Shown: positions 36,832 through 49,345 of the stretch, in pieces
Layout: each line of letters begins with the position of its first letter
Numbering within the stretch: position 1 is the stretch's first letter
NCBI RefSeq assembly: GCF_018977255.1
Contig: NW_024704742.1
Location: forward strand, 85,934,001-85,998,000
From: Callorhinchus milii
Lineage: Eukaryota
DNA length: 64,000 nt
Direction: 5' to 3'
Position numbers and translations under genes: made by a program
The notes under the pieces: generated by a model
Databases searched by the model: none
What the model saw: only the letters and a program-made list of their open reading frames with translations
What the model was told of the DNA's origin: nothing

Positions 36832-39329
36832 CTAAACAAAAAGGGTAAAGTGTATGTATACAGACAGAGAATATATTCAAAATCCCATTGTTGTCTGAAA
36901 ATCTTAACTCTGAGGTGACACGATTCTTAGATTGCTTTTAATTTTTAACAATGGTTGCACTTATATAACTAACAATGTTACAAATTCCTTCAAAATAACA
37001 ACCAGGCACAATCGTCCAGACTGTATTACCAGAGGATTTATTGCCATTGATCCCGAGTTTATAAATTTTATACAACTTAAAGATTTTTTTAATATTAATG
37101 AGGTCTAAAGGGTTATAATTTGAGTAATGTTTCTCTGTGCAGAATAATGGGGTGATTTAAGATCTATTTTCATATTCAATTGCTACACAACACATGATGT
37201 GATTTGAGTTAGTCTATGCAATTCTAAGTGAATAATTGCTTGCCACATGATCATTCCACTCAAAAATCAAAACAAATCATCTCTCTATCCATTACAATAG
37301 TTGCAGATATATCTCTAACTACAAATGAACTGTTGCCTTTTTCCGTTATTCAGCTTAAAAACAGACTACAATTTGGATTTACATTGACTGTACAGTCCAG
37401 AAAGAGGTCATTTGGCCCAACCAGTCCATGTTGATGTTTATATTTCACACAAGTCTCCAGCCACTCTCCCATATCCCGTTATTCCCTTCTTCCTCACGTG
37501 TGTATCTAGCTTCCTCTTAAATACATTTATATTTCTGATCACGGCTTCATGTAGCGAGTTCTACATTCCCACATTCTCACTCTCCTTGGTGCGAAGACGT
37601 TCCTTATAAATTCTCTTTTTAGCACCTTGGGACGTCCTCCCGACGTGAAAAGCACTATACAAATGTAATCTTGTTGTTGTTGATGTTTAGATCCGTTAGT
37701 CCCTATCTTAAACTCGTGTTCTCTAATTACAGATTCTACAACAGTGGGAACAGCCTATTTATAGAACCCTTTCATGATTTTGAACACCTCTATTAGGTAC
37801 CCTCTTGGATGTCTCTTCTCTCACGATTTGATTGACTGATTCTGAATTGACCGTGATTTGAGACAGACATGTAAGTGAGTAGAAGAGGCAAGTTTTCAGT
37901 CCGTGAGTCCCTTGACTAAATCCCCTCTGTAACATCACTCTCTTGAAAATAAAAACACCATGGACCGTCATGATTCCCAGAAGAGAGTGGTGAGTCTGGT
38001 ACATCTCCACATCTGACACTGGCTTAATCTGACACATCAAACACAGCACATGATATCCGCCCAGTCATGTTCACCTCATTAAACGTTTTGTGACATCACC
38101 TTTTACCAGTAATTGTATACCCTTTTGGATAGGAATTGGCATGGTTACTGCTGGGTCAATGTAGTCATGTGGATATCTCACGAAGGTTGCCTTTCATTCT
38201 ACTATAAGGAAGATCAGTCACACTAACGGTGTACGGCAAGACTGAACTATGAAAACACAGTCTGCTTTCATTCGCTCCAAGTCACGAGTAAGCTGTGTGA
38301 ACAGCTGGCAACATTGGACGAAATCATCTCTCCTTATCATAATCCTCTAAATTTGTTTCAGTCACTCTCTCATCTCTGGTTTCAAAGCATTTATGATTCA
38401 GATACAGTACTACAATAGATATTACACAGTCATCTACGACTCACTCAAATATATATTTTACATTGCATTTTTATATTATTTGCTTTTCTTTGGTCAAGTT
38501 TTACAAGTTATTTTCTATCCATTAAGTCCTCCCAGTGCTATGCCTCATTTCTCAGTTAAGACAAGTGACCTGCTCTCAAGTGTGACACCAACGTCAGTTT
38601 ACAGTGACTAGCAAACGTGTGCAATGGCAACCTGAGGGAGATTTTCTGCATGGAAGAAGCACTTTGGCTCTGCTCAGGAATCTACAAAGGGCTGCATATT
38701 TGCTATGTGGAGAATCACCGAACCCACATTCTACCACTGTAATAGATCCATGCTAATTTTCCCTTGCCCAAACTAAAACAAAGGCCAAATGTATCTCAGG
38801 GTAAAGTATATATCCCAAAAATAATATCTTGGGATACAGTATAATGACTGCCAGGATGGTAGAAGGCGAACCAGATGGACCTTGGTCTTTTTGCCTAGCA
38901 AATTCTTATGTTCTTATGTGTTTGAAGGGCAAGTGTTGGTACCTTTAGTTGAACAATTTCCCTGCTCTACCTTTTAGGTACCACACCACAATCTTGGTCA
39001 ATTCAAATTAAATTGTTTCCTTTTCTTCTAGTGAGTATCCTACTTGGACTAGTGACCATGAATATAGAGTTGAATGGTCTCCAAGATGCTGTGTTCAATT
39101 CAACCCTCTGTGGTGGCCTCAGTAGTCCAGTTCTAAGCCAGGTGGGTCCACAGTACTCCAGGGACTACTGATGACAGACCAATCAGCTTGGCTTATTGGC
39201 AAGACTTGGAGGGGCAGTTACTGGGAGCCAGCATTCTTCCCACCCAGCTTGTTAACCTTGCAAACCAAAGCCTTACCGTGTAGGGTTGACAGCTGCAAAA
39301 GCAGCAGAAAGCTTGCCAGGCAATAGACA

Positions 39330-40040
39330 CTAAATGGTAGTTTTAAAGAGGGTTCTGGAGCAGAGAGCCTGGGGGTTCACAAACACAGGTCTTTGAAGGT
39401 GGCAGGATATGTTGATACAGCTGTTAAAAAAAGAATATGGGATCCTTGGCTTTATAGAGGCATAGAGTACAAAAGCAAGGAAGTTCTGCTGGACCTTTAT
39501 AAGTCACTGGTTAGGCCTCAACTGGAGTATTGTGTCCAATTCTGGGCCCTTCACTTTAGGAAGGATATCATGGCCTTGGAGAGGGTATAGAGGAGACTTA
39601 CCTGAATGATACCAGGAATGAGGAACTTTAGTTATTTGGAGAGACTAGAGAAGCTGGGAGTATTCTCCTTAGAGCAGAGAAAGTTAAGGGGAGATTTAAT
39701 AGAAGTGTTCAAAATTATGAGGAGTTTCAAAACAGTGTAAACTGTTTCCACTGGTAGGTGGTTCGATAACCAGGGGATATAAATTCAAGATAATTGGCAA
39801 AAAAATGAGAATGTTTTACTTTTTTTAAACACGCACACACACAGAGTTGTCATGGTCTGGAATGCACTGCCTGAAAGGCTAATGGAAACAGATGCAATAA
39901 TAACTTTCAAATGGGAATTAGATTAATATTTGAAAATGAAAAATTTGCAGGGTTCAGGGAAGGAGAGGGGGAGTGGGACTGATTGGGTAGCTCTTCCAAA
40001 GAGCCGGCACAGGCACAATGGGCCGAATGGCCTTCTTCTG
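39330..40040 (+). mobile_element. CR1 LINE 3' fragment
   Basis: RGIEYKSKEVLLDLYKSLVRPQLEYCVQFW..RKDIMALERV; LEKLGVFSLEQRKLRGDLIEVFKIM. Confidence 0.9.
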
Positions 40041-40311
40041 TGGGGTCCTGTATCTTAGTAGTTAGAACATTTGTTTGCAAGCGAGAGTCCTGGGTTCGAT
40101 TCTCCACTCGCCTAATAATAATCCCTCAAAAAAAAATTGGTCATTTCAGTCCACAACTGTATGTGGACACTGCTGTGTGCAATTGGCTGCCGTATTTCAC
40201 CCACAAATAGACAGTCAATTCAATTCACTTTACAGTCCATTCTGTGAAGCACTTTGAAATGTCTAGAAGACGTGAAAAGTGCTACATCAAATGCAAGGAT
40301 TATTATTATTA
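40040..40311 (+). mobile_element. tRNA-derived SINE (internally deleted)
   Basis: Head GGGTTCGATTC and family tail. Confidence 0.8.
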
Positions 40312-41164
40312 TGTGCTGTAATATTCTAGTATTCTAATGCTCTTGATTGCAAGCTATGAGCTTCTAGCTTGTTGAACTCCAAAAATATTCGAAGGAGACC
40401 CCAAGCTTTGGCTTTTGCCAAGGTGCACCTAATCATCCCCAGAATTAGGTAAGCAGGGTGCATCTTTTCAAGGAGAGTGTATATTTGAGATACAGGGAAA
40501 TTTCTATAGGTGGCATTTATATGTGGAACTCTGATTGATCTGTCTAAGCATAGTGATGGATTTCCACACATGTCAGACACTCAGCTAATGAGGAGAAATG
40601 ATAACGAGGTAAAAAGTTTGAACTAATAATCCTTACATTTAGATATCCCAAACTGCTTCACAGAATATATTGTAGAATGGTGTAACTGTGTGCAAACAGG
40701 GTAGCCAATTTGTGCCACAAACAGCTATATGCATGTCAAATTTTACTGGGGTTTACTGGAAAGAGTGGTTAGTCAGGAGAAACTCCCTTCTCTTTTTGAA
40801 CAGTGCCAAAGGATCTTTGACGTTCACCTGATGGGACAGGCAGATGGGACCTCGGTTTAACGTCTCATCCGAAGGACTGTACCTCCAACAATGTAACACA
40901 GCAGCTGCAGTACTTCATTGGAACTATCGTAGATATTAGTTAGTGCTTCCAAAAGGGGAGAATAATAAGAGAAACCAATGTAATATGTTTTATTAAATCA
41001 GACAAATGATTTGCATAGGCTGAGTCCTAACTACTCAATTTGTTAATTTTCAACATTCATTGTTGTGCAGTTATAATGAATGAAAATAAAATTGCAAATT
41101 ACATTTTAATATTTTAAAATAAAATTGCATTTTTTGTAAGTTCACAGCAACAAATTTTCTAAAC

Positions 41165-41517
41165 TAATAATAATCCTTGCATTTGATATAGCGCCTTATC
41201 AAGGCTTCGAGACGTCTCAAAGAATATACACAGAATATACTGTAAAGTGAATTGACTGTATATTTTGTGAGTGAAATGCGGTAGCCAATTGCGCACAGCA
41301 GTGTCCCACAAACAGTCGTAGATTGAGTGACCAATTTATTATTTTTTTGAAGGAATTATTACCCCAGGAAAAGCGATACGCTAATCGACAAAAAAACAGG
41401 CTTACTTGCTGCTAGGTAAACAGTGGCATGTGGAGTAAGGAAACTTGCCCACTGTTTCACCCTGCCGGGAATCAAACCCAGGTCTCTCACTTGAGTGCTC
41501 GCGCTACAGGACTCCAC
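41165..41517 (-). mobile_element. tRNA-derived SINE (same family)
   Basis: Same head and tail motifs. Confidence 0.85.
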
Positions 41518-42219
41518 GAAAAACAAAATAGAATAGCTCAGGTATGTAATAACTATTGATACCAGAAAAATACTACCTGTTCAGTAGATTTGGATCTAGA
41601 CATATTAGTGGGGGAATTGCACAGCAATTTCACATTTCATGGAGAATGGAAATAGTTTTACAATTCCAAAAATTCCCCAGTAACACTTGTAGACTAAAAT
41701 TAATGGAATGTACCTACGCTTGAAATTTCTAATAACTCCAGCTGAAATTACCCTTCATGAAATCTACCTCTTTCCTTCATAGAAAAAATCAGGGCACTGA
41801 GGAGTGCATAGTATCTCATGTGCAGAATCAAAGTACAGGCTATATCAATGCACATAGTTTTAATTCTGAAATGGCAACAGAATTAATGACTGGACACTGA
41901 CACGATGTTGATCGATATTTGTATTCAACAAGTTTACATTGGAAAAGTGTAAATAGCGTTTACATTATTTTATAAAAACAATCAACTTGACTCTCATTCT
42001 CTAACAATGAACTGAGTTTAACTGTGAATAAATTTCAATAGAATTATGCTTCACAAGATTAATCCATGAGCAAAATGCCATCCAGTGCTGTTCCTGCAAT
42101 CTTGTCAGACTATCTACCAGAGTTTAAGGAGCTCTGACTGAGCTGCTAAGAAAGAAGTGCCATCAATGGAGTGGTAAGAAGCACCCTGCAAGCTCAGGGT
42201 GTGCAGAGAGAGTCCAAAA

Positions 42220-43745
42220 CCCCCCAAAATCCTGTTCTCCACTGACCACTACCTCCTCCACAACCCCTCTCAAACACCTTCGATCCTCACTTCAGATGCC
42301 AAGTGCAAAGAGTTCCTGGACTTGTTTACTTCCAAGATAAATAACATCCGCCTGGCTGCTACTTCCTCCCCCCCTCCCCATGTTGCCTACACCCCCATGC
42401 CTCCTTCACCACCTTCTCTTCCTTCCATGGCCCGGACCCTACACTCATTTGCCCCCATCTTTCCTCACCATCACCCAGATAAAGCCCACCACCTACTGCC
42501 TCGATCCCCCCCACTTCCCCACTCAGCTTCTGGCCACTCAACTCCCCACCTCTGCCCACTGTTAGCTGACACAATCAACCAGTCCCTCTTCTCGGGCTCT
42601 GTCCCACTCCCCCTTAAAACCCCTGTCATTACTCCTCTTCTTAAAAATCCTAGCCTCGATCCCTCCAACCTCACAACCTTGAGACCCATCTCAAACCTGC
42701 CCTTCCTGGCCAAATTTTGGAACGTGTCGTTGCAAATCAACTTTGCTCACACCTCTCCCTCCACTTCCTACTCAGACCCCTCCAGTCCGGTTTTCGCCCT
42801 ACCCACGGCACAGTCAGCGCTCGTCATAATAACAAATGACGTCTCGCTCTGTGACCAGGGCTTCCTTTGCTTCTTTGTTCTCCTGGACCTCTCCACTGCG
42901 TTCGACACAGTTGATCTCGCCATCCTTCTCCACCGCCTCTACTCCCTTATCCATTAGTGGGAGTTCACTCGCATGGTTCGAGTCCTACTTAACTAACCGC
43001 CAAAAATACATTATTGCAAATGTTTTTTCCTCCCGGCCCGCCCAGTCACCTGTAGGTTTCCCCAAGGCTCCATCTTTGGCCCCATTCTTTTCCTTATCTA
43101 CATGGTCCCTCTCAGTGATGTCATCCGTAGATGGGGTCAACTTCAACATGTACGCAGATGACACACAAATCTACTTCTCCTTCAGCTTCGACTCCCAGTC
43201 CACTGATGTCCTGTCAGCTTGTTTGACGGTCATCAAGGCCTGGATGAGCGCACATTTCCTAGCTGAACATTGGCAAGACGGAAGCCATACTCTTTGGTTC
43301 CCTTCAACGTCTTCTCTCCCGCAGATCTGAACTCCTCAAGCTCCCCGGGCTCTCTCTCAACCCACGTGCAACTTAGATGTCAGGTTCAATCCCCAGTTTT
43401 CCTTTCTACCCCACATCCGTTCCCTGACCATGACCGCTTTTTTCCAACTCCCTCACATTGCTCTCCTCTGTCCGTACCTGTCACTAACCTCCTGTTTGTC
43501 CTTCGTGCCTTCTGCTCCACCACTGGTGGCCATACCTTCAGCCACTATACCCCGAAACTCTGGAACCTCTCCCTCAGTCCCTCCCTACTCTCAAATCCTG
43601 CCTAAATGCCTTCCTTTTTGATTGCGCTTACAGCAACCTCCGAATTGCCTTCCCGAATGGCTCGTTGTCAGACCCTGCTTCTGTCAAGTGCTCCAGGATG
43701 CTACCCGGCGTGAAGGTCGCTATATAAATGCAAGTTGTTGTTGTT
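42220..43745 (+). mobile_element. Degenerate L2 with RT region
   Basis: RPISNLPFLAK, LLDLSTAFDTVD, NFNMYADDTQIY peptides across frameshifts; L2 tail at ~43700-43745. Confidence 0.92.
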
Positions 43746-44826
43746 GATTTCTGATAAATCTTCTCCTGGTTGTTGTTGCTTCTTCAGATATCCTCAGATT
43801 TGTTTGGTTGGATCCTAGAATGTAGGTGTCTTTTCTCTTTATGGCTTCTGTCCCAACTGTACTTTGCCCCTTCAATCTTGCGACAGTCTACAATTTTATA
43901 CTTCTGCTCTTACAGGTTGATGGTTTCTTCTGAAAATGGTCACATTATTTTGGATATGGATGAATTATCTGAGTAGATATGAATACAGCAATTATGAATG
44001 CTAGAGTCTGGACTAGACAGAATAATATGCATTTTTTTAATGAACTTTCTAAAAAGCATTTACTTTACTAAGACTGTACAACATATTACACATTATGTTA
44101 GGTTAGATTAGATTTACATTATTTATATAAATTACGACATTGCATACTAACACTTACCAGAATCTAAGCAATCATTGGTGTTCGCAATACAAATCGCTGT
44201 CAAGGTCTGTAAAGCACCAGTTTTATATTGAAGAGGTAACACAGCCATTATTGACTTTGTAGCCTTTATTATCGGTGGCCTTTTGCTTTCGCCCATTTTG
44301 TATGCTCTTCCACATCTCTGACAATGTGGGACAATTCACTGAGAGGAAAATATGGATGAATTAGATCAGCTGTTTTTTCCTATATTATTGCCCAAATTAG
44401 TGTCGCTCACGTTTGAAACCAAACTACAGCACTGATTGCATATTATGGTTCTTGGACTCCACTATGAAGTTATTGCTTCAGTCATTATAAATGGCAAAGC
44501 TTGTAATTAAACTGGGATGAAACTGTTAAAATGCATTGTGAATAGATAAAATGATAAACTGGTGAAGCGCAAGTAATCTGGTCAAGTGAGAGCTTCCACC
44601 AGTGGTTATGTTAAAGTGGTTGACAGGTGCACTTAGTTCGGGTACAATTTCATACAAATAATGACTTATTCAATGTAACTTACACCAAAATCAGCCTGGC
44701 AGAAACCAGTAGCAGGCTGCATATTTCAAATAGAGACGAAAAAAATCTCCTTTCTAGAAGCCTCAAGCCTTGTTACATGCCTGACAACTCCAACTAACTG
44801 ATGTTGGGAACAGTGGAACTAAAATC

Positions 44827-45745
44827 CAACAACAACTTGCATTTTATATAGCAGCCTTCACGCCAGACGGCAGCTCGGTGCACTTAACAATGGTAGAGCC
44901 CGATCCCGAGCCGGGGGAGGGCAAAGGTGATTATAGGCACTGTCGAAGAGGAAGGTCCAAGCGCAACCTGAAAATGGGGAACCGGGGCAAGATGACGGGA
45001 TTGAGGGAGAATTACACAGCTTTGTGGCTGAAAGCATGGCTGCCGATAGGGGGACGGAGGGTCTGGGGTACAAGGAGGAGGCCAGAGCCAGTTGAGCGGA
45101 GGCAACTGGTAGTAGTGTAGGAAGAGACTAGCTTGGAGAGATATGTGGGTGTCAGGGAGTGAAGGGATTTAATTACAAGATTGAGGATCTTGAAATCAAT
45201 CAACTCTGTGACAGGGAGCAAATGGAGTTTGACAAGGACTGGGATAATAGAGGTACGGAGTTTAATGTGGGTGAGACTGCCGGCAGCGGAGTTTTGAATT
45301 AGTTGAATTTTGTGAACAGTGGAGCGGGGAGACCGACGAGGAGAGTGTTTGAGTAGTTGAGGTGCAAGGTGATGAAGGCATGGATGAGGGTTTCAGCAGC
45401 TTTTGGAGTGAGATATGAACGGAGACGGGCAATATGGTGGACGTGGAGAGTTCTGGCCAGAGACTGGGTGTGGGGTAGAAAAGATAGAAGGGGATCAAAT
45501 GTGACGCCTAAGTTGCTCACGGGTTCGGTGAGTCTCTGGGAGAGATTAGGTAGGGTGAGGAGGTCTGAACCGCAGGAGAGAAGACACTGACGGGAGCCAA
45601 AGAGTTTGGCTTCCGTCTTGGTTAACATTCAGCTGCAGGAAGCTTGTGCTCATCCAGACCTTGATGCTTGTCAGACTAGCTGGGAGTCACAGCTGGAGGA
45701 AGAGAAGTAGATTTGTGTGACATTCGCATACATGTGGAAGTTTAT
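44827..45745 (-). mobile_element. L2 fragment
   Basis: NFHMYANVTQIY, NLGVTFDPLLSF, AAETLIHAFIT peptides; (CAA)n tail. Confidence 0.88.
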
Positions 45746-46204
45746 CCCGTAATCCAATGAAAATAAATGATTTTCACAAGACAGAATAGAATAGCACACA
45801 TTTGCTGGAAATCTCTTATTGCGATAAAACAAAGTGAAATAAATCATTTTCCACACTATAAGAAATCTTTTTTTGTACTGAAATAGTTTTCATCTAGAAA
45901 TATTAATAACTTCAGAACTGCCACAGAATTCTAGGCCCACTGCCAATAATAAGATGTTTTTCATTACTGAAGAATACAACATATTTCATACCATATGTCC
46001 TTGCTCTCAATGGTATTTTAAATGGCAAACATTTTAGTTAAGTACATTTTGGCTGTAGCTTTGAAAACTTCTAGGGCTTGTGTACATGTAGAATTTAGCT
46101 TTTATTTTCCCTTATCAACTGAAGGCAACGACTCATGCTACAGTATGGTTCCATGAATGCTGGCAGTCCTTCAGCTCATCGACCAAGTGGTTATTCTTTA
46201 TATC

Positions 46205-46630
46205 TGTTAGATATCAAGTCCTGGATGAGTTCCAGCTTCCTCAAGTTGAATGTTGATAAGACTCTCCGATTTGGTTCCTGTTAGCTGCTGACCGCATGAC
46301 CCTGCACGGATACTCATTCCACCTCACTCATGCATGGATACTCACGAAGCTGGTGCAGAACCTTGTTGTTTTGTTTGACCCTTTATTATTATTATTAATT
46401 GTCTTTCAAATTCTACATCCAGGCTCTCACTTGCTCTCTCTTTCCTCCCCGCTCCCCTCTGTAACATTGCCTGACTCTGACACTACATCTTCTGAGACCA
46501 CCATTCATGCTTCTATCACATCCAGACTTGATTATTCCAATGCTCTGTGGCCGGATTCCTCAGCTCTTCCCTGCACCAGTTGCAGACTATCCAGAACTCT
46601 GCAGCCCGTATCCTCTCCTGCACCAGGCTA
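46205..46630 (+). mobile_element. Old L2 fragment
   Basis: TIHASITSRLDYSNAL, LQTIQNSAARIL peptides. Confidence 0.75.
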
Positions 46631-47091
46631 TCCAAGCCCAAATCTCGATCTTTTCTTGGCTGCATCGGCTCCCACATCTCCCAGGGGGTCGAACCCACAG
46701 TATATTCCGTGAAGCGCTTCGAGACATTGCGAAGACGTGATAAAGCGCTATATCAAATGTAAGTGTTATTGTAACATCCTCACCCTTTGGCTCTGGGTCT
46801 CTCTCACTGACCCCGATGCTCTCCCTTTTCTCTCTCTGAACCCATCTCTCTCTTTCTCTCCAGCCCTGGTCTCCCTCTGTTCCCCGGGTATCTCCACCCC
46901 CCACAAGCCTGTTCTGCCACTCTATTAGATCAGGGCTGATCTGTACCTCAACTCCATTTAGCTGCCTTTGCCCCATGTCCCTCGTTACCCTTAATTTACA
47001 AAAATCTACCCACCTCAGTCTTGAAAACGTGAATGGAAATTTTTCCTCTCCCCGGTCTGTCCGCCTCGGGACTCTCCCTCTCGATTCTCTT

Positions 47092-48322
47092 TCTCCCCGG
47101 GTCTCTCCCCATCCCCCCCTCTCCCCGGGTCTCTCCCCATCCCCCCCTCTCCCCGGGTCTCTCCCCATCCCCCCCTCTCCCCGGGTCTCTCCCCATCCCC
47201 CCCTCTCCCCGGGTCTCTCCCCATCCCGCCCTCTCCCCGGGTCTCTCCCCATCCCCCCCTCTCCCCGGGTCTCTCCCCATCCCCCCCTCTCCCCGGGTCT
47301 CTCCCCATCCCCCCTCTCCCCGGGTCTCTCCCCATCCCCCCTCTCCCCGGGTCTCTCCCCATCCCCCCCTCTCCCCGGGTCTCTCCCCATCCCCCCCTCG
47401 CCCCGGGTCTCTCCCCATCCCCCCCTCGCCCCGGGTCTCTCCCCATCCCCCCCTCTCCCCGGGTCTCTCCCCATCCCCCCCTCTCCCCACCTTCTCTCCC
47501 CCCCCCTCTCCCCCGGGTCTCTCCCCATCCCCCCCTCTCCCCACCTTCTCTCCCCCCCTCTCCCCGGGTCTCTCCCCATCCCCCCCTCTCCCCGGGTCTC
47601 TCCCCATCCCCCCTCTCCCCGGGTCTCTCCCCATCCCCCCTCGCCCCGGGTCTCTCCCCATCCCCCCCTCGCCCCGGGTCTCTCCCATCCCCCCCTCTCC
47701 CCGGGTCTCTCCCCATCCCCCCTCTCCCCACCTTCTCTCCCCCCCCCTCTCCCCCGGGTCTCTCCCCATCCCCCCCTCTCCCCACCTTCTCTCCCCCCCC
47801 TCTCCCCCGGGTCTCTCCCCATCCCCCTCGCCCCGGGTCTCTCCCCATCCCCCCTCTCCCCGGGTCTCTCCCCATCCCCCCCTCTCCCCACCTTCTCTCC
47901 CCCCCCCTCTCCCCCGGGTCTCTCCCCATCCCCCCTCGCCCCGGGTCTCTCCCCTCCCCCTTTTCCACCGAGCCCCCCTTCTCACCCGGGTCTCCCTCCC
48001 TCTCCCCCCGGGTCACCCTCCCCCTCCCCCCGGGTCTCTCTCCCCCCGGGTCTCTCTCCCCCCGGGTCTCTCTCCCCCCGGGTCACCCTCCCCCCGGGTC
48101 TCTCTCCCCCCGGGTCACCCTCCCCCCGGGTCACCCTCCCCCCGGGTCACCCTCCCCCGGGTCTCTCTCCCCCCGGGTCACCCTCCCCCCGGGTCACCCT
48201 CCCCCCGGGTCTCCCTCTCTCTCTCTCCCCGGGTCTCCCTCTCTCCCCCCGGGTCTCCCTCTCTCCCCCCGGGTCTCTCCCCCCGGGTCTCCCTCCCTCT
48301 CCCCCCGGGTCTCCCTCTCCCT
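47092..48322 (+). repeat. Pyrimidine-rich minisatellite, ~28-bp unit CCCCGGGTCTCTCCCCATCCCCCCCTCT, degrading into ~17-20-bp CCCCCCGGGTC(A/T)C(C/T)CT variants
   Basis: Tandem repeats read directly; period 28 at 47095/47123. Confidence 0.95.
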
Positions 48323-48337
48323 CTCGCGGTCACTGAC

Positions 48338-48635
48338 CTCCTCTGAAGATGAGTTTCCTGAACTGAGACTCTCCCACCAGCCGCCCGTCCGCGTCCAGCA
48401 GGAACCTGAAGGTGTCCAGGTCGAGCAGCGCCCGGGCCCCGGGGCCGCACTTGGCCCCCGCCGCCGCCTCCTCCTCCTCGCCATCGGCCAGCCGGACACA
48501 CAGCCCCTCCCCCGCCGCCACCTCCTCCTCCTCCTGCTGCCGGCTGCAGCTCTGCTGCCCGGGGCCCCGCATCCTGTCCTCCTGCCCGGGACTCGGCTTC
48601 GCCGCCGCCTGGCCCTGCGCCCCTTTCCCCTCCAT
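48338..48635 (-). CDS. TBC-domain Rab-GAP, exon 1
   Basis: ATG at 48635 with an in-frame upstream TGA; low-complexity N-terminus then LDLDTFRFLLDADGRLVGESQFRKLIFRG; G|gtcag donor; all 10 exons sum to 1470 nt (489 aa + stop). Confidence 0.85.
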
Positions 48636-48735
48636 CAGCCTCCCGCTGCCGCCAGCTCAGGCCCCATGGGGTCAGCCTCCGCTCCGCTCCTGCCCCCGCC
48701 AAGCTCTCGGCTCCCAGAAGAGAGTGAGCGGCCCC

Positions 48736-49345
48736 GTCACCATGGCGACCATCACGCACCTCGTCAGCAAGAGGAACGTCACTCAACACGCCCCCCCCGT
48801 CACCATGGCGACCATCACGCACCGCGTCAGCAAGAGAACGTCACTCAACACGCCCCCCCGTCACCATGGCGACCATCACTCCCCTCGTCACCATGGCGAC
48901 CATCACGCACCGCGTCAGCAAGAGGAACGTCACTCAGCACGCCCCCCCGTCACCATGGCGACCATCACTCCCTTCGTCACCATGGCGACCATCACTCATC
49001 TCGTCAGCAAGAGGACCGTCACTCACCCCCCCCCCCGTCACCATGGCGACCATCACTCACCTTGTCAGCAAGAGGACTATAACTCACCTCCCCGTCACCA
49101 TGGCGACCGTCACTCCCCTCGTCACCATGGCGACCGTCACTCCCCTCGTCACCATGGCGACCGTCACTCCCCTCGTCACCATGGCGACCATCACTCACCT
49201 TGTCAGCAAGAGGACCATAACTCACCTCCCCGTCACCATGGCGACCGTCACTCCCCTCGTCACCAATGAGACCGTCACTCACCGCCCCCCCCGTCACCAT
49301 GGCGACCATCACTCACCTCGTCAGCAAGAGGACCGTCACTCACCG
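48736..49345 (+). repeat. Promoter minisatellite, 27-bp unit with palindromic core GTCACCATGGCGAC (13 perfect copies), alternating with GTCAGCAAGAGGAC-type variants
   Basis: Cores start at 48736, 48799, 48860, 48887, 48949, 48976, 49037, 49094, 49121, 49148, 49175, 49232, 49293. Confidence 0.95.

Noticed and set aside
42199..43330. Intact retrotransposon or domesticated RT gene
   Set aside because: Frameshifts, stops and internal deletion; degenerate L2
46587..48346. Several 330-450 aa Pro- or Gly/Arg-rich ORFs on both strands
   Set aside because: Artefacts of the stop-free C-rich minisatellite in TBC intron 1
48736..49345. CRISPR-like array of palindromic repeats
   Set aside because: Spacers are themselves repeated, the core is only 14 bp, there are no cas genes and the context is a vertebrate gene promoter
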